A stretch of DNA of 32,000 nt, taken from contig JAPZAR010000035.1 of assembly GCA_027460535.1 (NCBI GenBank), forward strand, positions 1 through 32,000. The letters are read 5' to 3'. This stretch comes from Candidatus Methanoperedens sp. Lineage in GTDB: Archaea > Halobacteriota > Methanosarcinia > Methanosarcinales > Methanoperedenaceae. Below are positions 9,907 through 18,910 of the stretch, piece by piece (within the stretch, counting starts at the first letter, position 1; every line of letters starts with the position of its first letter). Below the pieces are notes generated by a model. It made no database searches, was not told where the DNA came from, and worked only from the letters and a program-made list of their open reading frames with translations. A program made the position numbers and the translations under genes.

Positions 9907-12576
9907 ATGGTAAATAACGAAATTCGGATACTGAACGATCAACCGATAGACCATGAAACATTTTTTAATTTTGACGACTATTCGGATGCTCTGGCAGGAA
10001 TAATCCTCCATGAGGATACGAACACACCGCTCGTCATAGGTATATTTGGCGATTGGGGAAGCGGGAAAACAAGCCTGATGAAAACTTTGAAGAAGAAGAT
10101 CGAAAATGTGAAAGATGGCCACTCTGCCCAGACTATCTGGTTCAATGCATGGAAATATGATAAAGAGGATGTTATCTCGCGCGCTCTTCTGACTCGAATA
10201 CTGCAGGAACTAGAGACTAAGGGCGAAAAAAAGGACGAGAAAATCTTGAATCGAAGACTAAAGGATCTTCAGAGAAGTCTCTACAAGGACGTTTATCGCG
10301 AAGATCCCGGCTCTTTGACTTTTGATCTGGGCAAAGCTAGCAAAGGGGTTCTTAAGCTTGGCCTTTCAACGGTTCCCATCATAGGGGAAGGATTGGCGAA
10401 ATTATTTGAAAAAGGTGTTGATAAAGATGCAATTATAGAAATAGCAGAATCATTACATCATGAGAAAATCATCACAAATATAGAAAAAATTGGAGAGCTT
10501 GAGCAATTTCAGTCAACCTTCCGGGAGATAATCAGGGATCATTATATCCAACATAATAAGAGAGCAGTAGTATTTATTGATGACCTGGATCGATGTGTTC
10601 CTGATAAAGCAATAGAAGTTATGGAAGCCATCAAGCTGTTTCTGGATGTAGAGGGCTGTATCTTTATTTTAGGCATAGACAGGAATGTCATCCGCGAGGG
10701 AGTACGAATCAAATATAAAGATTTCACATTAGGAGGCATAAAAGTTCCGATCAATGGTGAAGAATATCTGGAAAAGATAATTCAACTGAGTTTTATGCTC
10801 CCGCCTATAATGGAAAATAAGTTAAAAGAATTTATAGATGATCTTGATCAGAAAAAATCGTATAAAGAGTATCACGATATGATTATAAATGGGATCGGAA
10901 GGAATCCGCGTAAGATCAAACGCTTTATCAATGCCATAAGATTCCAGCAAAACCTGGCTGAAATAATTCCTGAAATGAAGGATATTGTCAAAGAGGATAT
11001 CAAGCAAACATTTGATGCGCTGCTGATAGAATGGCAAATTATAAGCAGCAGCAGCAATTCTGATTTTGAAAATTTCAGAAAGGAGGTTATTAAAAATCCG
11101 GGTCTTCTGATCAAGAGCCATGATTATGTGGAGAGCCTGAAGTCCGGGAAAAAAGACGAACCTCCCAAAGAGCTAAACCCCTTTTGGAATGATTCAATTA
11201 AAGAATTGATATGGGTATTCCCATATCCAGGGACTCTAAAAGAAGGTGATACAGATATCATCAAAAAGGTAACTCATCTTAGCAATGTAACAGAAACAAA
11301 AACAACAATAGAAACAGGTGTGGAAGAAACCTGGACACTTGAGAAAGTTAAGGAAGCAATAAAGAAAGGTATGAGTTTGGAAGGGAAAGATTTAAGCGGG
11401 CTTTCCTTAAATAAAATGAATCTAAATGGGGCGAATCTTTCGGGTGCAAAACTTATTAAAACAGACCTTTCTGAAGCAAAATTGGTAGAAGCAAATATCG
11501 TGCATACAGATCTTTCAGGTGCGATACTTATTGGAACAGATCTTTCTAAAGCCAGTCTTGCATATGCGGTTCTTATCCGGGCAAATCTTTCAGAAGCGAT
11601 TCTGAAAAACGCAAAACTTCCAAATGCAGATTTCAGTTATGCTATCCTGAATGGAGCAAATCTCACTGAGGCGTACCTAAGCCTTTCTGATTTCTCTTAT
11701 TCAAATCTTTCAAAAGCTACACTCACTGGGACCCTCGGTGGTGAAAATAAATTCATAGGGGCTAATTTATCGGGTGCTGATCTTTCTAATGCAGACCTAA
11801 CAGACGCGAAACTTTCAGATGCAAACCTTTCTGGATTAGACCTCACTAATGTACCCCTCAGTGGAGCAGATCTTTCTAATGCAAACCTCATTAAAACTAA
11901 GCTCCCTGAAGACCTCACTCGTACAATCCTAACCGGAGCAGACCTCACGGGAGCCAAACTCTCCGGTTCAACACTCTATGGAGACCTTTCAAGAATAGTA
12001 CTTAACAATGCAGAGCTTAATGATATAAAATTCACTGAAATACAAACCCTTTCCGGAGCGAAAATTAAAGGAGCGAAAATAGGCAAATCTGATCTCTCTG
12101 GGTTGGATCTTTCAAATGTGGATTTCTCCAATACAGATCTAATTGAAACTAACCTGAATAAAACAAACCTCTCCAAAGCCATCCTGATAGACGCCAAACT
12201 ATTCAATGCAAAACTTCAACATGCAAACCTTTCAAATGCAAACCTTTCTAATGCGAAGCTCTCCGGATCAGACTTTTATTATGCAGATCTTTCCAATGCA
12301 TCTCTTATTGGTGCAGATATATCCGGAACAGACCTGTCGTATGCAACATTGATAAAAATAAAAACCACACGAATTAAAGTCAATGAAAATACAAATGCAA
12401 GAGATGTGATTTTGGTTATGGATGAAGATCCCCAGGATGAAGCCAAAATAAAGAGAGCTCTGGATGATATAGATAAGGGATTAAGGGATATAATTATCAA
12501 ACAAAATGAGCGTTACCGCAATATCTATTCTGGTTCAGAACCTGCCTCTGCCATTCCTGGTAAAGCAAAAAAATGA
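9907..12576 (+). CDS. KAP-family P-loop NTPase fused to a long C-terminal pentapeptide-repeat domain
   Basis: Walker A is IGIFGDWGSGKTS and Walker B is VVFIDDLDRC, both in the KAP-typical form. GAGGAG lies just upstream of the ATG. Residues about 495-815 are continuous A(D/N)LSx pentapeptides. The lines I counted are AT-rich (about 28% GC), against about 67% in a line of the adjacent mtnA. Confidence 0.8.
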   Translation: MVNNEIRILNDQPIDHETFFNFDDYSDALAGIILHEDTNTPLVIGIFGDWGSGKTSLMKTLKKKIENVKDGHSAQTIWFNAWKYDKEDVISRALLTRILQELETKGEKKDEKILNRRLKDLQRSLYKDVYREDPGSLTFDLGKASKGVLKLGLSTVPIIGEGLAKLFEKGVDKDAIIEIAESLHHEKIITNIEKIGELEQFQSTFREIIRDHYIQHNKRAVVFIDDLDRCVPDKAIEVMEAIKLFLDVEGCIFILGIDRNVIREGVRIKYKDFTLGGIKVPINGEEYLEKIIQLSFMLPPIMENKLKEFIDDLDQKKSYKEYHDMIINGIGRNPRKIKRFINAIRFQQNLAEIIPEMKDIVKEDIKQTFDALLIEWQIISSSSNSDFENFRKEVIKNPGLLIKSHDYVESLKSGKKDEPPKELNPFWNDSIKELIWVFPYPGTLKEGDTDIIKKVTHLSNVTETKTTIETGVEETWTLEKVKEAIKKGMSLEGKDLSGLSLNKMNLNGANLSGAKLIKTDLSEAKLVEANIVHTDLSGAILIGTDLSKASLAYAVLIRANLSEAILKNAKLPNADFSYAILNGANLTEAYLSLSDFSYSNLSKATLTGTLGGENKFIGANLSGADLSNADLTDAKLSDANLSGLDLTNVPLSGADLSNANLIKTKLPEDLTRTILTGADLTGAKLSGSTLYGDLSRIVLNNAELNDIKFTEIQTLSGAKIKGAKIGKSDLSGLDLSNVDFSNTDLIETNLNKTNLSKAILIDAKLFNAKLQHANLSNANLSNAKLSGSDFYYADLSNASLIGADISGTDLSYATLIKIKTTRIKVNENTNARDVILVMDEDPQDEAKIKRALDDIDKGLRDIIIKQNERYRNIYSGSEPASAIPGKAKK
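11389..12354 (+). repeat. Coding tandem repeat of about 64 pentapeptide units (15-nt periodicity) inside the KAP gene
   Basis: The translation reads DLSGLSLNKMNLNGANLSGAKLIKTDLSEAKL...ADLSNASLIGADISGTDLSYATL. Recurrent nt strings such as gcaaa(c/t)ctttc occur throughout. The repeat also creates spurious antisense ORFs rich in 'RSAP'. Confidence 0.9.
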
Positions 12577-13172
12577 TTGTCCTGAAACTCGGCGGAAGCC
12601 TTATGCACAGGGTAAAAGAACTCATAAAGGAGATAATAGATTATTCTAACGAAAGCAAGGATACGATATTGATAGTCCCTGGCGGCTCCATCTTCGCAGA
12701 TACAGTGAGAAGTGTGAAAGCCTCGCAGGAAGCTTCCCACTGGATGGCTGTCCTCGCTATGGAACAATATGGTTATTTCTTATCTGATGGAAACGATGCG
12801 AAACTCATTGATAACCTGGATATAGAAGGTTCAGGTACGTATATTCTTCTCCCCTACAACATTCTGAAAAAGATTGATGAACTCCGACATACTTGGGATG
12901 TCACATCAGACACGATCGCCGCCTGGGTCGCCCTTCAACTAAATGCAAGGTTCATAAAAGCCACGGATGTGGATGGGATATATCTCAATGGCATGCTGGT
13001 GAAGGAAATTTCCGCGCGTGAAATCACAGGGAAAGAAACCTGTGTGGATGCAGAGCTTCCTGTTTTTCTCATGAAGAATAAAATGAATTGCGAGATAATC
13101 AATGGTAACTGCCCCGGAAGACTGGGCAGGGCTTTTTCGGGTGATGCAGCAGGGACGATTATTAAAGGTTGA
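12573..13172 (+). CDS. Small amino-acid-kinase-fold protein (Asp/Glu/uridylate kinase superfamily), possibly MfnE-type
   Basis: MIVLKLGGSL..., ILIVPGGS..., TSDTIAAWVA and ATDVDGIY are the conserved kinase-fold motifs. At 199 aa it is too short for Asp, Glu or UMP kinases. The MfnE-like assignment is from memory and unverified. Its ATG overlaps the KAP gene's TGA (ATGA). Confidence 0.55.
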   Translation: MIVLKLGGSLMHRVKELIKEIIDYSNESKDTILIVPGGSIFADTVRSVKASQEASHWMAVLAMEQYGYFLSDGNDAKLIDNLDIEGSGTYILLPYNILKKIDELRHTWDVTSDTIAAWVALQLNARFIKATDVDGIYLNGMLVKEISAREITGKETCVDAELPVFLMKNKMNCEIINGNCPGRLGRAFSGDAAGTIIKG

Positions 13173-13178
13173 GAAGCT

Positions 13179-13448
13179 CTATTTACTCATTTCGATTTCA
13201 ATAGTGGAGACATTGGACTCTCCTCTTTCGGAAGCAATTTTTTCCGTGCCAATCCGGATGTCATTGACTTTAGCATCTGTTACGAATCTATTTCTTGCGA
13301 CCTCAGCAGCGTCTACAGCTCTTGATATTGCCCTACCTCTGGCTTTGATAGTGACTATCTTGGCGCCGTTATTGAACTCTGTGGCCACTGCGAGAACATA
13401 GTTCATCACTGGTTTATTTCCAACAAACACTACATTATCCTCTGACAT
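13179..13448 (-). CDS. albA: Alba (Sac10b) DNA/RNA-binding chromatin protein
   Basis: The 89-aa ORF has [17 protein letters not shown]...[17 protein letters not shown], the classic Alba signature. Confidence 0.9.
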   Translation of the reverse strand: MSEDNVVFVGNKPVMNYVLAVATEFNNGAKIVTIKARGRAISRAVDAAEVARNRFVTDAKVNDIRIGTEKIASERGESNVSTIEIEMSK

Positions 13449-13510
13449 ACTGCCTCCTCTCGATTTGCTAAAGAAGAATAACGATACCTGTACATAAACT
13501 TAACGAAAGT

Positions 13511-15103
13511 TCAATGCAGGAAATGCCTCATTCCGGTGAATACAAGTGAAACCCCAAGCCTGTTCGCGGTTGTGATCACTTCATTATCCCTTATCGACCC
13601 CCCAGGAGATACAATGTATCTGATATTGTTCTCAGCCGAAGAAATGATACTGTCGTCGAAAGGGAAAAAAGCATCGCTTGCCATGACACATTCGCCCATG
13701 ATATTCTTTATGAACTTTTCTTCGGATATCTCTGGTTTATCACGTTCATAAAAAATTTTCAGGTTCTCCACAGCCTTTGTGACGGCAAGTTTCTTTATCG
13801 CATCCACCCTGTTGGGCTGCCCTGCGCCTATGCTCAGTATCTGGTAAAACCCTTCTTCATACTCCCGTGCGATGACGACCGCGTTGGATTTTGTATGCTT
13901 GCAGGCGGTCAGTGCAAATTCTGCAAGCCCTCTTTTCTCATCCGGGAAAGGATGTTCTGTGACGACATCCCATTTTGCGTACAATCCCCGGTTCCTTGAC
14001 TGGACAAGCATTCCTCCCACGATATAGTGATACATGTCCGGGAGAGGGGTTCCGTCTTCCATGGAGAGTTCAAGTATCCTCATGTCTTTGCTTTTGTTTT
14101 TAAGGAAAAGGAGTGCATCATCTTCAAATCCAGGGGCAATGACCAGTTCCACGAACTTTCCTTTCAGGAATTCCACTGTCTCAAGATCGGGAACCCGGGT
14201 CATGCATATGATGCTGCCGAACGATGAGACAGGGTCCCCGTCCCATGCTCTTGAAAGAGCTTCAAGGAGCGTTCTCCCGGTCGCAAATCCGCAGGGGTTG
14301 GTGTGTTTTACCACAGATACGGCAATAAGGTCTTTGAATTCAAGCGCCACGTTCAGTGCGCTCTCGGCATCGACATAGTTATTGTAAGAGAGGGCTTTTC
14401 CATGAAGCTGTCTTGCATTCCCCACGGAGGGCTCGGTCATTCCAGGCTCTTTATAGAATTTTGCGCCCTGATGCCAGTTCTCGCCGTACCGGAGTGTCTT
14501 CCCCTCAACGAACTTGAGGCGGAGTATATCTTCACCGGTCAACTGCCGGCTCAGATATGTGTCGATGGCGCAATCGTAATCAGCTATCCGCCTGAAAGCC
14601 TTGACAGCAAGACGTTCTCTCGTCTTCAGGCTCAACTCCCCATTTTCAAGTTCTTTCAGGATTTCAGGATAATCTTCCGGGTCAGTTATTACAGCAACGT
14701 ACCTGCAATTTTTTGCGGCCGCCCTTACAAGGGCAGGTCCCCCGATATCTATGTTTTCAATGGCTTCCTCGAGGCTCACGTTTTCCTGTTCCACGGTCTT
14801 CTCAAAAGGATACAGGTTCACGGCCACGATATCGATGAAGCCAATGCCTTCATCTTCGGCTTCCTTCACATGAACTGGGTTATCCCGCAATGCAAGAATA
14901 GCCCCATGGATCTTTGGATGAAGCGTTTTCACCCTCCCGTCCATCATTTCCGGAAATCCGGTCACTTCAGATACATCTTTTACCTTTATTCTGGCATTTT
15001 TTAGAAATCGTGATGTTCCACCGGTGGAAATAATCTCAAAACCAAGCCCTGCAAGCCCTTTGGCAAATTCAACTATGCCTGTCTTATCGGAAACGCTGAT
15101 CAA
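13511..15103 (-). CDS. purH: Bifunctional AICAR formyltransferase / IMP cyclohydrolase
   Basis: ISVSDKTG, STGGT, DGRVKTLHP, VVVKH.NPCG and the C-terminal SPGGSIRD...MRHF.H are PurH hallmarks. The apparent start is a TTG, because a TGA lies 9 codons upstream. Confidence 0.9.
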   Translation of the reverse strand: MISVSDKTGIVEFAKGLAGLGFEIISTGGTSRFLKNARIKVKDVSEVTGFPEMMDGRVKTLHPKIHGAILALRDNPVHVKEAEDEGIGFIDIVAVNLYPFEKTVEQENVSLEEAIENIDIGGPALVRAAAKNCRYVAVITDPEDYPEILKELENGELSLKTRERLAVKAFRRIADYDCAIDTYLSRQLTGEDILRLKFVEGKTLRYGENWHQGAKFYKEPGMTEPSVGNARQLHGKALSYNNYVDAESALNVALEFKDLIAVSVVKHTNPCGFATGRTLLEALSRAWDGDPVSSFGSIICMTRVPDLETVEFLKGKFVELVIAPGFEDDALLFLKNKSKDMRILELSMEDGTPLPDMYHYIVGGMLVQSRNRGLYAKWDVVTEHPFPDEKRGLAEFALTACKHTKSNAVVIAREYEEGFYQILSIGAGQPNRVDAIKKLAVTKAVENLKIFYERDKPEISEEKFIKNIMGECVMASDAFFPFDDSIISSAENNIRYIVSPGGSIRDNEVITTANRLGVSLVFTGMRHFLH

Positions 15104-15343
15104 AGCTTTCTTTTCCAGAACACATCACCTTATGTGAATAGAAAAAGGAAGGTATAAGCTTTTCTAAAGTGTGCATAATTGTGGAAAAGCCCATAAATAC
15201 CATAATTGGAATTAGGTTACATCACTTAACCGGGGCCCGCCAGTGAAGGTAATGCTTTGCCTGCCTGAAGTATTCCGATTCATGCCTGATCGGAGCAAAC
15301 TGGCCGGTGATATCATTGAAATCGATGTGCTGAATCTGTAGAA

Positions 15344-16621
15344 TCAACCTTTTTTCATTTCCACAAGAGAAAACAGCCCGCCTAGCACGACAAGTATTAT
15401 CCCTGTTAGCAGGACTTTTAATTCAAGCTGTGAAATCATAAAGATACAGAATAGAATTCCGAAAAGGGGCAGCACAGGGAACTTTCCTATTGAAAGGGGA
15501 ACCATGAACGGTCTTCTTAAATCGGGTTCCTTGTACCTCAGTACTATCATGGCGGCATTGATCACAAAAAATGTAACGAACAGCGTGAAATTGTCCACAT
15601 TGGCGACGAAAGCGATGTCACCTGCAAAAATAAATAACAGCGATAATATCATCGTGATCAGTATTGCAACCCACGGGGTCCTGCGGGAAGGATGCACTCT
15701 GGCAAGTATGTTCGGGAGAGTGGAAGAATCTGCCATTCCATACATTATCCGGGATGAGCCAAGCAGCATCATGAGGACCGTATTGGCGGTTGCAAAAAGG
15801 GCGATCACGGATAAGAGAATAAATCCTTTGCTTCCAAAAACGGCATACGCCAGTTCCGCAAAGGGCGCCTGCGAGCTTGCAAGCTTTTCCCATCCCACAA
15901 CGCTGACAGCTGAAATTGCCACCAATACGTACAGGATGATACTGATAATTATTGACAAAATCAGGCCCTTCGGGATCGTTTTTTCAGGAGCTTTCGTTTC
16001 TTCCGAGAGCTTGGCAATACTCTCAAATCCTGTATAAGCAAAAAATACGAGCGCTGCTGCTTGAAATACCCCGGGAAGACCCAAAGGCATATCGAAATAA
16101 TCGACCTTTCCGAAATAAGGGAGACCTATAAAGATGACGATGAGAAGTCCTGCGGTCTCTATGAGTGTGGATATGATAGCGAACCATGCAGATTCTTTTA
16201 TTCCGTAGAACAGGAGGAAGGAAAGAGCGATTATAAGAAAAAATCCGGAAGTGGCAGATGAAACCTTAAAAAAGGCATTGAAGTAGCCGCCAAATCCAAG
16301 TGCCACCGTTGACGCACCAATTACGGCGCTCAGGATAATCAACCAGCCGATAATGAATGCGAGCTTCTTTCCAAAGGCATTCGAAGTGTATTCGTACTCC
16401 GCGCTTGCTTTCGGGAACATGGAGGAAAGCTCTGCATAGCTCAATCCGGTAAATACTGCCACCAATGCTGATATGGCGAACGAGAGCCACACGGAGTTCC
16501 CGGTGAGTCCTGCGGCTTTTCCTATGAGCGCGTATATGCCCGCGCCGAGGATTATGCCCACTCCCGCAAGGGTCACTTCGAGAAGCCCGAGTTCGCGTTT
16601 CAGTTCCACTTTCTGGGTCAT
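15344..16621 (-). CDS. APC-superfamily amino acid / polyamine permease
   Basis: The 425-aa ORF has about 12 hydrophobic segments. The N-terminus KRELGLLEVTLAGVGIILGAGIY is typical of APC transporters. Confidence 0.8.
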   Translation of the reverse strand: MTQKVELKRELGLLEVTLAGVGIILGAGIYALIGKAAGLTGNSVWLSFAISALVAVFTGLSYAELSSMFPKASAEYEYTSNAFGKKLAFIIGWLIILSAVIGASTVALGFGGYFNAFFKVSSATSGFFLIIALSFLLFYGIKESAWFAIISTLIETAGLLIVIFIGLPYFGKVDYFDMPLGLPGVFQAAALVFFAYTGFESIAKLSEETKAPEKTIPKGLILSIIISIILYVLVAISAVSVVGWEKLASSQAPFAELAYAVFGSKGFILLSVIALFATANTVLMMLLGSSRIMYGMADSSTLPNILARVHPSRRTPWVAILITMILSLLFIFAGDIAFVANVDNFTLFVTFFVINAAMIVLRYKEPDLRRPFMVPLSIGKFPVLPLFGILFCIFMISQLELKVLLTGIILVVLGGLFSLVEMKKG

Positions 16622-16659
16622 AGAGTCTTTAATCTTTCATTGTCATTTATTTATTGCTA

Positions 16660-16682
16660 CTCCCTGCATCGAGCGCAGGGAG
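16660..16682. other. Perfect 8-bp GC-rich hairpin (ctccctgc-N7-gcagggag) between the TA pair and the permease gene
   Basis: Read directly from the sequence. It lies about 40 nt upstream of the permease start codon on the minus strand. No U-tract follows it on either strand, so it is not an obvious terminator. Confidence 0.4.
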
Positions 16683-16800
16683 CCTGAAACGTGCCGTGAG
16701 AGGCCGCGGCTGGTATCTGGGCATGATCGTCAGATCGATCTTATTTGAATCGACCGTCGATTTTTTTCTTGAAACTACAATTGAGGACCGTCTTCCAGAT

Positions 16801-17025
16801 TTATGCAATTGCCTTATGCTTTGGCTTTTTTCCCTTGATTTCGTAGAGAAAAGCCTGCGGTTCGGAAATATTTTCAGATGCGTCAAGCATTTCTATTGCC
16901 ACAACTTTGTTATCTTCCCCATAATCCACGATAAGACCTTCTCTGACCTCATCGCTTTCTTTAACAGCTACTTCCCTTAAAATCAAAGTAAGTGAATCTG
17001 TTTGCGGGTCATATACTATCTTCAT
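16801..17025 (-). CDS. DUF2283-family protein (putative antitoxin partner of DUF4258)
   Basis: MKIVYDPQTDSLTLILRE...GLIVDYGEDNKVVAIEMLDASE matches the DUF2283 consensus (YD.e.D.l.i.l...ivD.d..G.vvgiEil.as). Confidence 0.8.
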   Translation of the reverse strand: MKIVYDPQTDSLTLILREVAVKESDEVREGLIVDYGEDNKVVAIEMLDASENISEPQAFLYEIKGKKPKHKAIA

Positions 17026-17291
17026 TTCAAATCCTCTTTCCAGTATTTTTCAATTTTTGATGTTTTATAAATAGTAATAACATGAAATGCATTTTTCAAC
17101 TTTTCACCGATTATTCGAAGTAACATTTCCTTTTTTTCGTTATTATCATAATATCTTCCCTGCATAATAATTCTATTCTTTTTGGAAGGTATTTTCTGCA
17201 AAGTATGTTTGATAATTCGCTCTACATCCTCTTTCTTGATTTTGCGGATTTCCATTTCAAAAAGTGCATGTTCGGAAAAAACAATTTTCAT
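17022..17291 (-). CDS. DUF4258-family protein (putative toxin)
   Basis: FSEHALFEMEIRKIKKEDVERII...HVITIYKT fits DUF4258. Its stop overlaps the DUF2283 start (ATGA). A line I counted here is very AT-rich (about 28% GC). Confidence 0.75.
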   Translation of the reverse strand: MKIVFSEHALFEMEIRKIKKEDVERIIKHTLQKIPSKKNRIIMQGRYYDNNEKKEMLLRIIGEKLKNAFHVITIYKTSKIEKYWKEDLK

Positions 17292-17556
17292 TTTTTCACC
17301 TGCATTGAGGCTATCACTTCAATAACTATGTATTATAATGTAATTATTTAATTATATATTCTTGAAATTAAGGATTTCAAATATTGTTTTCCTAGAGTTT
17401 CCCTTTAATTTTCTCCAGGGATATGTATTTTTTTGCATTGCAGACTGATAACAGATTATTAGACTATATTATTTTTGATTGAAATTTTAGCTGCAATACA
17501 TCTTATCTCAAAAAACTGTATTATTTATATGTGAAAAACAATAAAGTTTTATTAAA

Positions 17557-17808
17557 ATGTCCTCCGAGCTCCCACAGAATCCCGACTGGCAAATCCAGGA
17601 AGAACGCCTGCAGTACGGCGCCGAAAAGAAAAAGCAGCGCGACGCCGCGCGCCCCAAATGGGCGTCCAGGCCCAGGAAAGAGCCTTCGCCAAAGGATTTA
17701 GAGTTTCAGACGCAGAATATCTTTGAAGAACTGGAAGGAAGCGGATTACGAAGTCTGATCGACAAATGTGATGCGAATCTTGCTTTTTTGAAGATGAGAA
17801 AGGAATAA
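17557..17808 (+). CDS. Hypothetical charged small protein (83 aa)
   Basis: An ATG ORF directly upstream of the DUF366 gene. Its composition looks more protein-like than the overlapping minus-strand ORF. I recognise no family. Confidence 0.3.
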   Translation: MSSELPQNPDWQIQEERLQYGAEKKKQRDAARPKWASRPRKEPSPKDLEFQTQNIFEELEGSGLRSLIDKCDANLAFLKMRKE

Positions 17809-17821
17809 GGAGGCAATAATT

Positions 17822-18382
17822 ATGATCTTTAAAATTCTCACCGATACAATAGAATACGACGGCTCCCAGATAGCTCCGCTCTGGGCATACGGCATTGGGA
17901 TAAAAGGTGATTCCATCGTGTGCTTTCATGGCCCCATGGACGTGACGTTCGATAACATGAAAGACATTGAGGACAGGAAAGCCGGGAAAACGATCCAGGG
18001 AGATGATCTCATCCATATCATTGTGGAGAGATTCGACTCCCCGGCAAGCATGCGCCTTGCCTACTACATGCAGCGCCTTCTGGTTGTCTGCATCAGGGAT
18101 GTTCTGGAAAAGCATGGGATTGAAACAACGAGGAACGGCGATGACCTCTTCGTCAATGGAAAAAAACTTACCGTGAGCATAGCCAGTGCAGGCGTGGCGA
18201 GTGAAAAAATACATTGCGGGATAAACATCACCACAGAAGGAACACCTGCCGATGTAAAAACATCAGCCCTTCTGGATTTCGGGATTAAAGATTGGAAAAC
18301 AATTGCCCACGGGATAGCCGAAAAATTCGTCCATGAAATTGAGGATATTGAAGGAGATATTGCCAAAACGAAAAGCCTATGA
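17822..18382 (+). CDS. DUF366-family archaeal protein
   Basis: A 186-aa ORF with AGGAGG upstream of the ATG. The N-terminus (ILTDTIEYDGSQIAPLWAY) and overall size match my recollection of DUF366. The GDDLFVNGKKLTVSIA segment weakly recalls the GxKxxGxA lysine loop of BPL/LplA-fold enzymes, which is speculative. Confidence 0.5.
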   Translation: MIFKILTDTIEYDGSQIAPLWAYGIGIKGDSIVCFHGPMDVTFDNMKDIEDRKAGKTIQGDDLIHIIVERFDSPASMRLAYYMQRLLVVCIRDVLEKHGIETTRNGDDLFVNGKKLTVSIASAGVASEKIHCGINITTEGTPADVKTSALLDFGIKDWKTIAHGIAEKFVHEIEDIEGDIAKTKSL

Positions 18383-18597
18383 CAGATATAACCAGATTAG
18401 GGATTTCTCTGATACTTATCGGTTTTGTTCTGGTTTTCCTGGGGTCGGTATTTTCGGCCGGGAATACAGGTTTTGGCGGACTCATCATGATAGGCCCCAT
18501 ACCAATAGCCTTTGGCACATCGCCGGGGATGACGATTGTTGCGATGATCATCGGTTTGCTCCTGATGCTGGTTATGCTCCGGAGGAGAAATGCCTGA
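18379..18597 (+). CDS. DUF131 / TIGR00304-type small membrane protein, copy 1
   Basis: 72 aa and two TM helices, with the motif GGLIMIGPIPIAFGTSPG. Its start overlaps the DUF366 stop (ATGA). Confidence 0.65.
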   Translation: MTDITRLGISLILIGFVLVFLGSVFSAGNTGFGGLIMIGPIPIAFGTSPGMTIVAMIIGLLLMLVMLRRRNA

Positions 18598-18859
18598 CTG
18601 GACTTACCTTATTTCGATTGGTATTGCCTTGATACTACTGGGATTTTTGTTCGTTGCTTATGGTATCATGAGATCCTCGAGGGAAAGCGCAGGTACAGAG
18701 GGCAGGATTTCAGATCAAGGTTTCAAAGAAGAGAGGGTAAAAGGGGGTGGTGTGATATTGATCGGGCCGATACCCATTGTTTTCGGCTCAGACAGGCGAT
18801 ATGTTATAATTGCCATGATACTTGCGATAGTGCTGGTGGCGTTAGTGATAATGAAATAA
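18590..18859 (+). CDS. DUF131 / TIGR00304-type small membrane protein, copy 2
   Basis: 89 aa with the same architecture and the motif GGGVILIGPIPIVFGSDR. It overlaps copy 1 by 8 nt. Confidence 0.65.
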   Translation: MPDWTYLISIGIALILLGFLFVAYGIMRSSRESAGTEGRISDQGFKEERVKGGGVILIGPIPIVFGSDRRYVIIAMILAIVLVALVIMK

Positions 18860-18910
18860 CATGAATACATTAATGAGCAATAAAATCATTAGATGGTCGA
18901 GGTAATTTAA

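Noticed and set aside
11697-12500. Three minus-strand ORFs (86, 76 and 73 aa) rich in 'RSAP/ERF' repeats
   Set aside because: They are mirror-image artefacts of the 15-nt pentapeptide-repeat periodicity in the KAP gene, not independent genes.
15235-15343. Short ORF in the purH-permease spacer (VKVMLCLPEVFRFMPDRSKLAGDIIEIDVLNL*)
   Set aside because: It is only about 32 codons with a GTG start, no SD and no recognisable motif. Support is insufficient to call a gene or gene remnant.
16749-16768. Palindrome atcgaccgtcgat followed by T7, which looks like an intrinsic terminator on the plus strand
   Set aside because: No credible plus-strand gene lies upstream, because the ORF at 16654-16980 is a shadow ORF. 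The hairpin would have a 1-nt loop. On the minus strand the A-run precedes the palindrome, so it cannot serve the TA operon as a hairpin-U terminator.
17552-18214. 220-aa minus-strand ORF
   Set aside because: It is antisense to the DUF366 gene and the upstream small ORF. Its C-terminal part (…RRRAAFSFRRRTAGVLPGFASRDSVGARRTF) looks like non-coding translation. The plus-strand genes have SD sequences and start/stop coupling.
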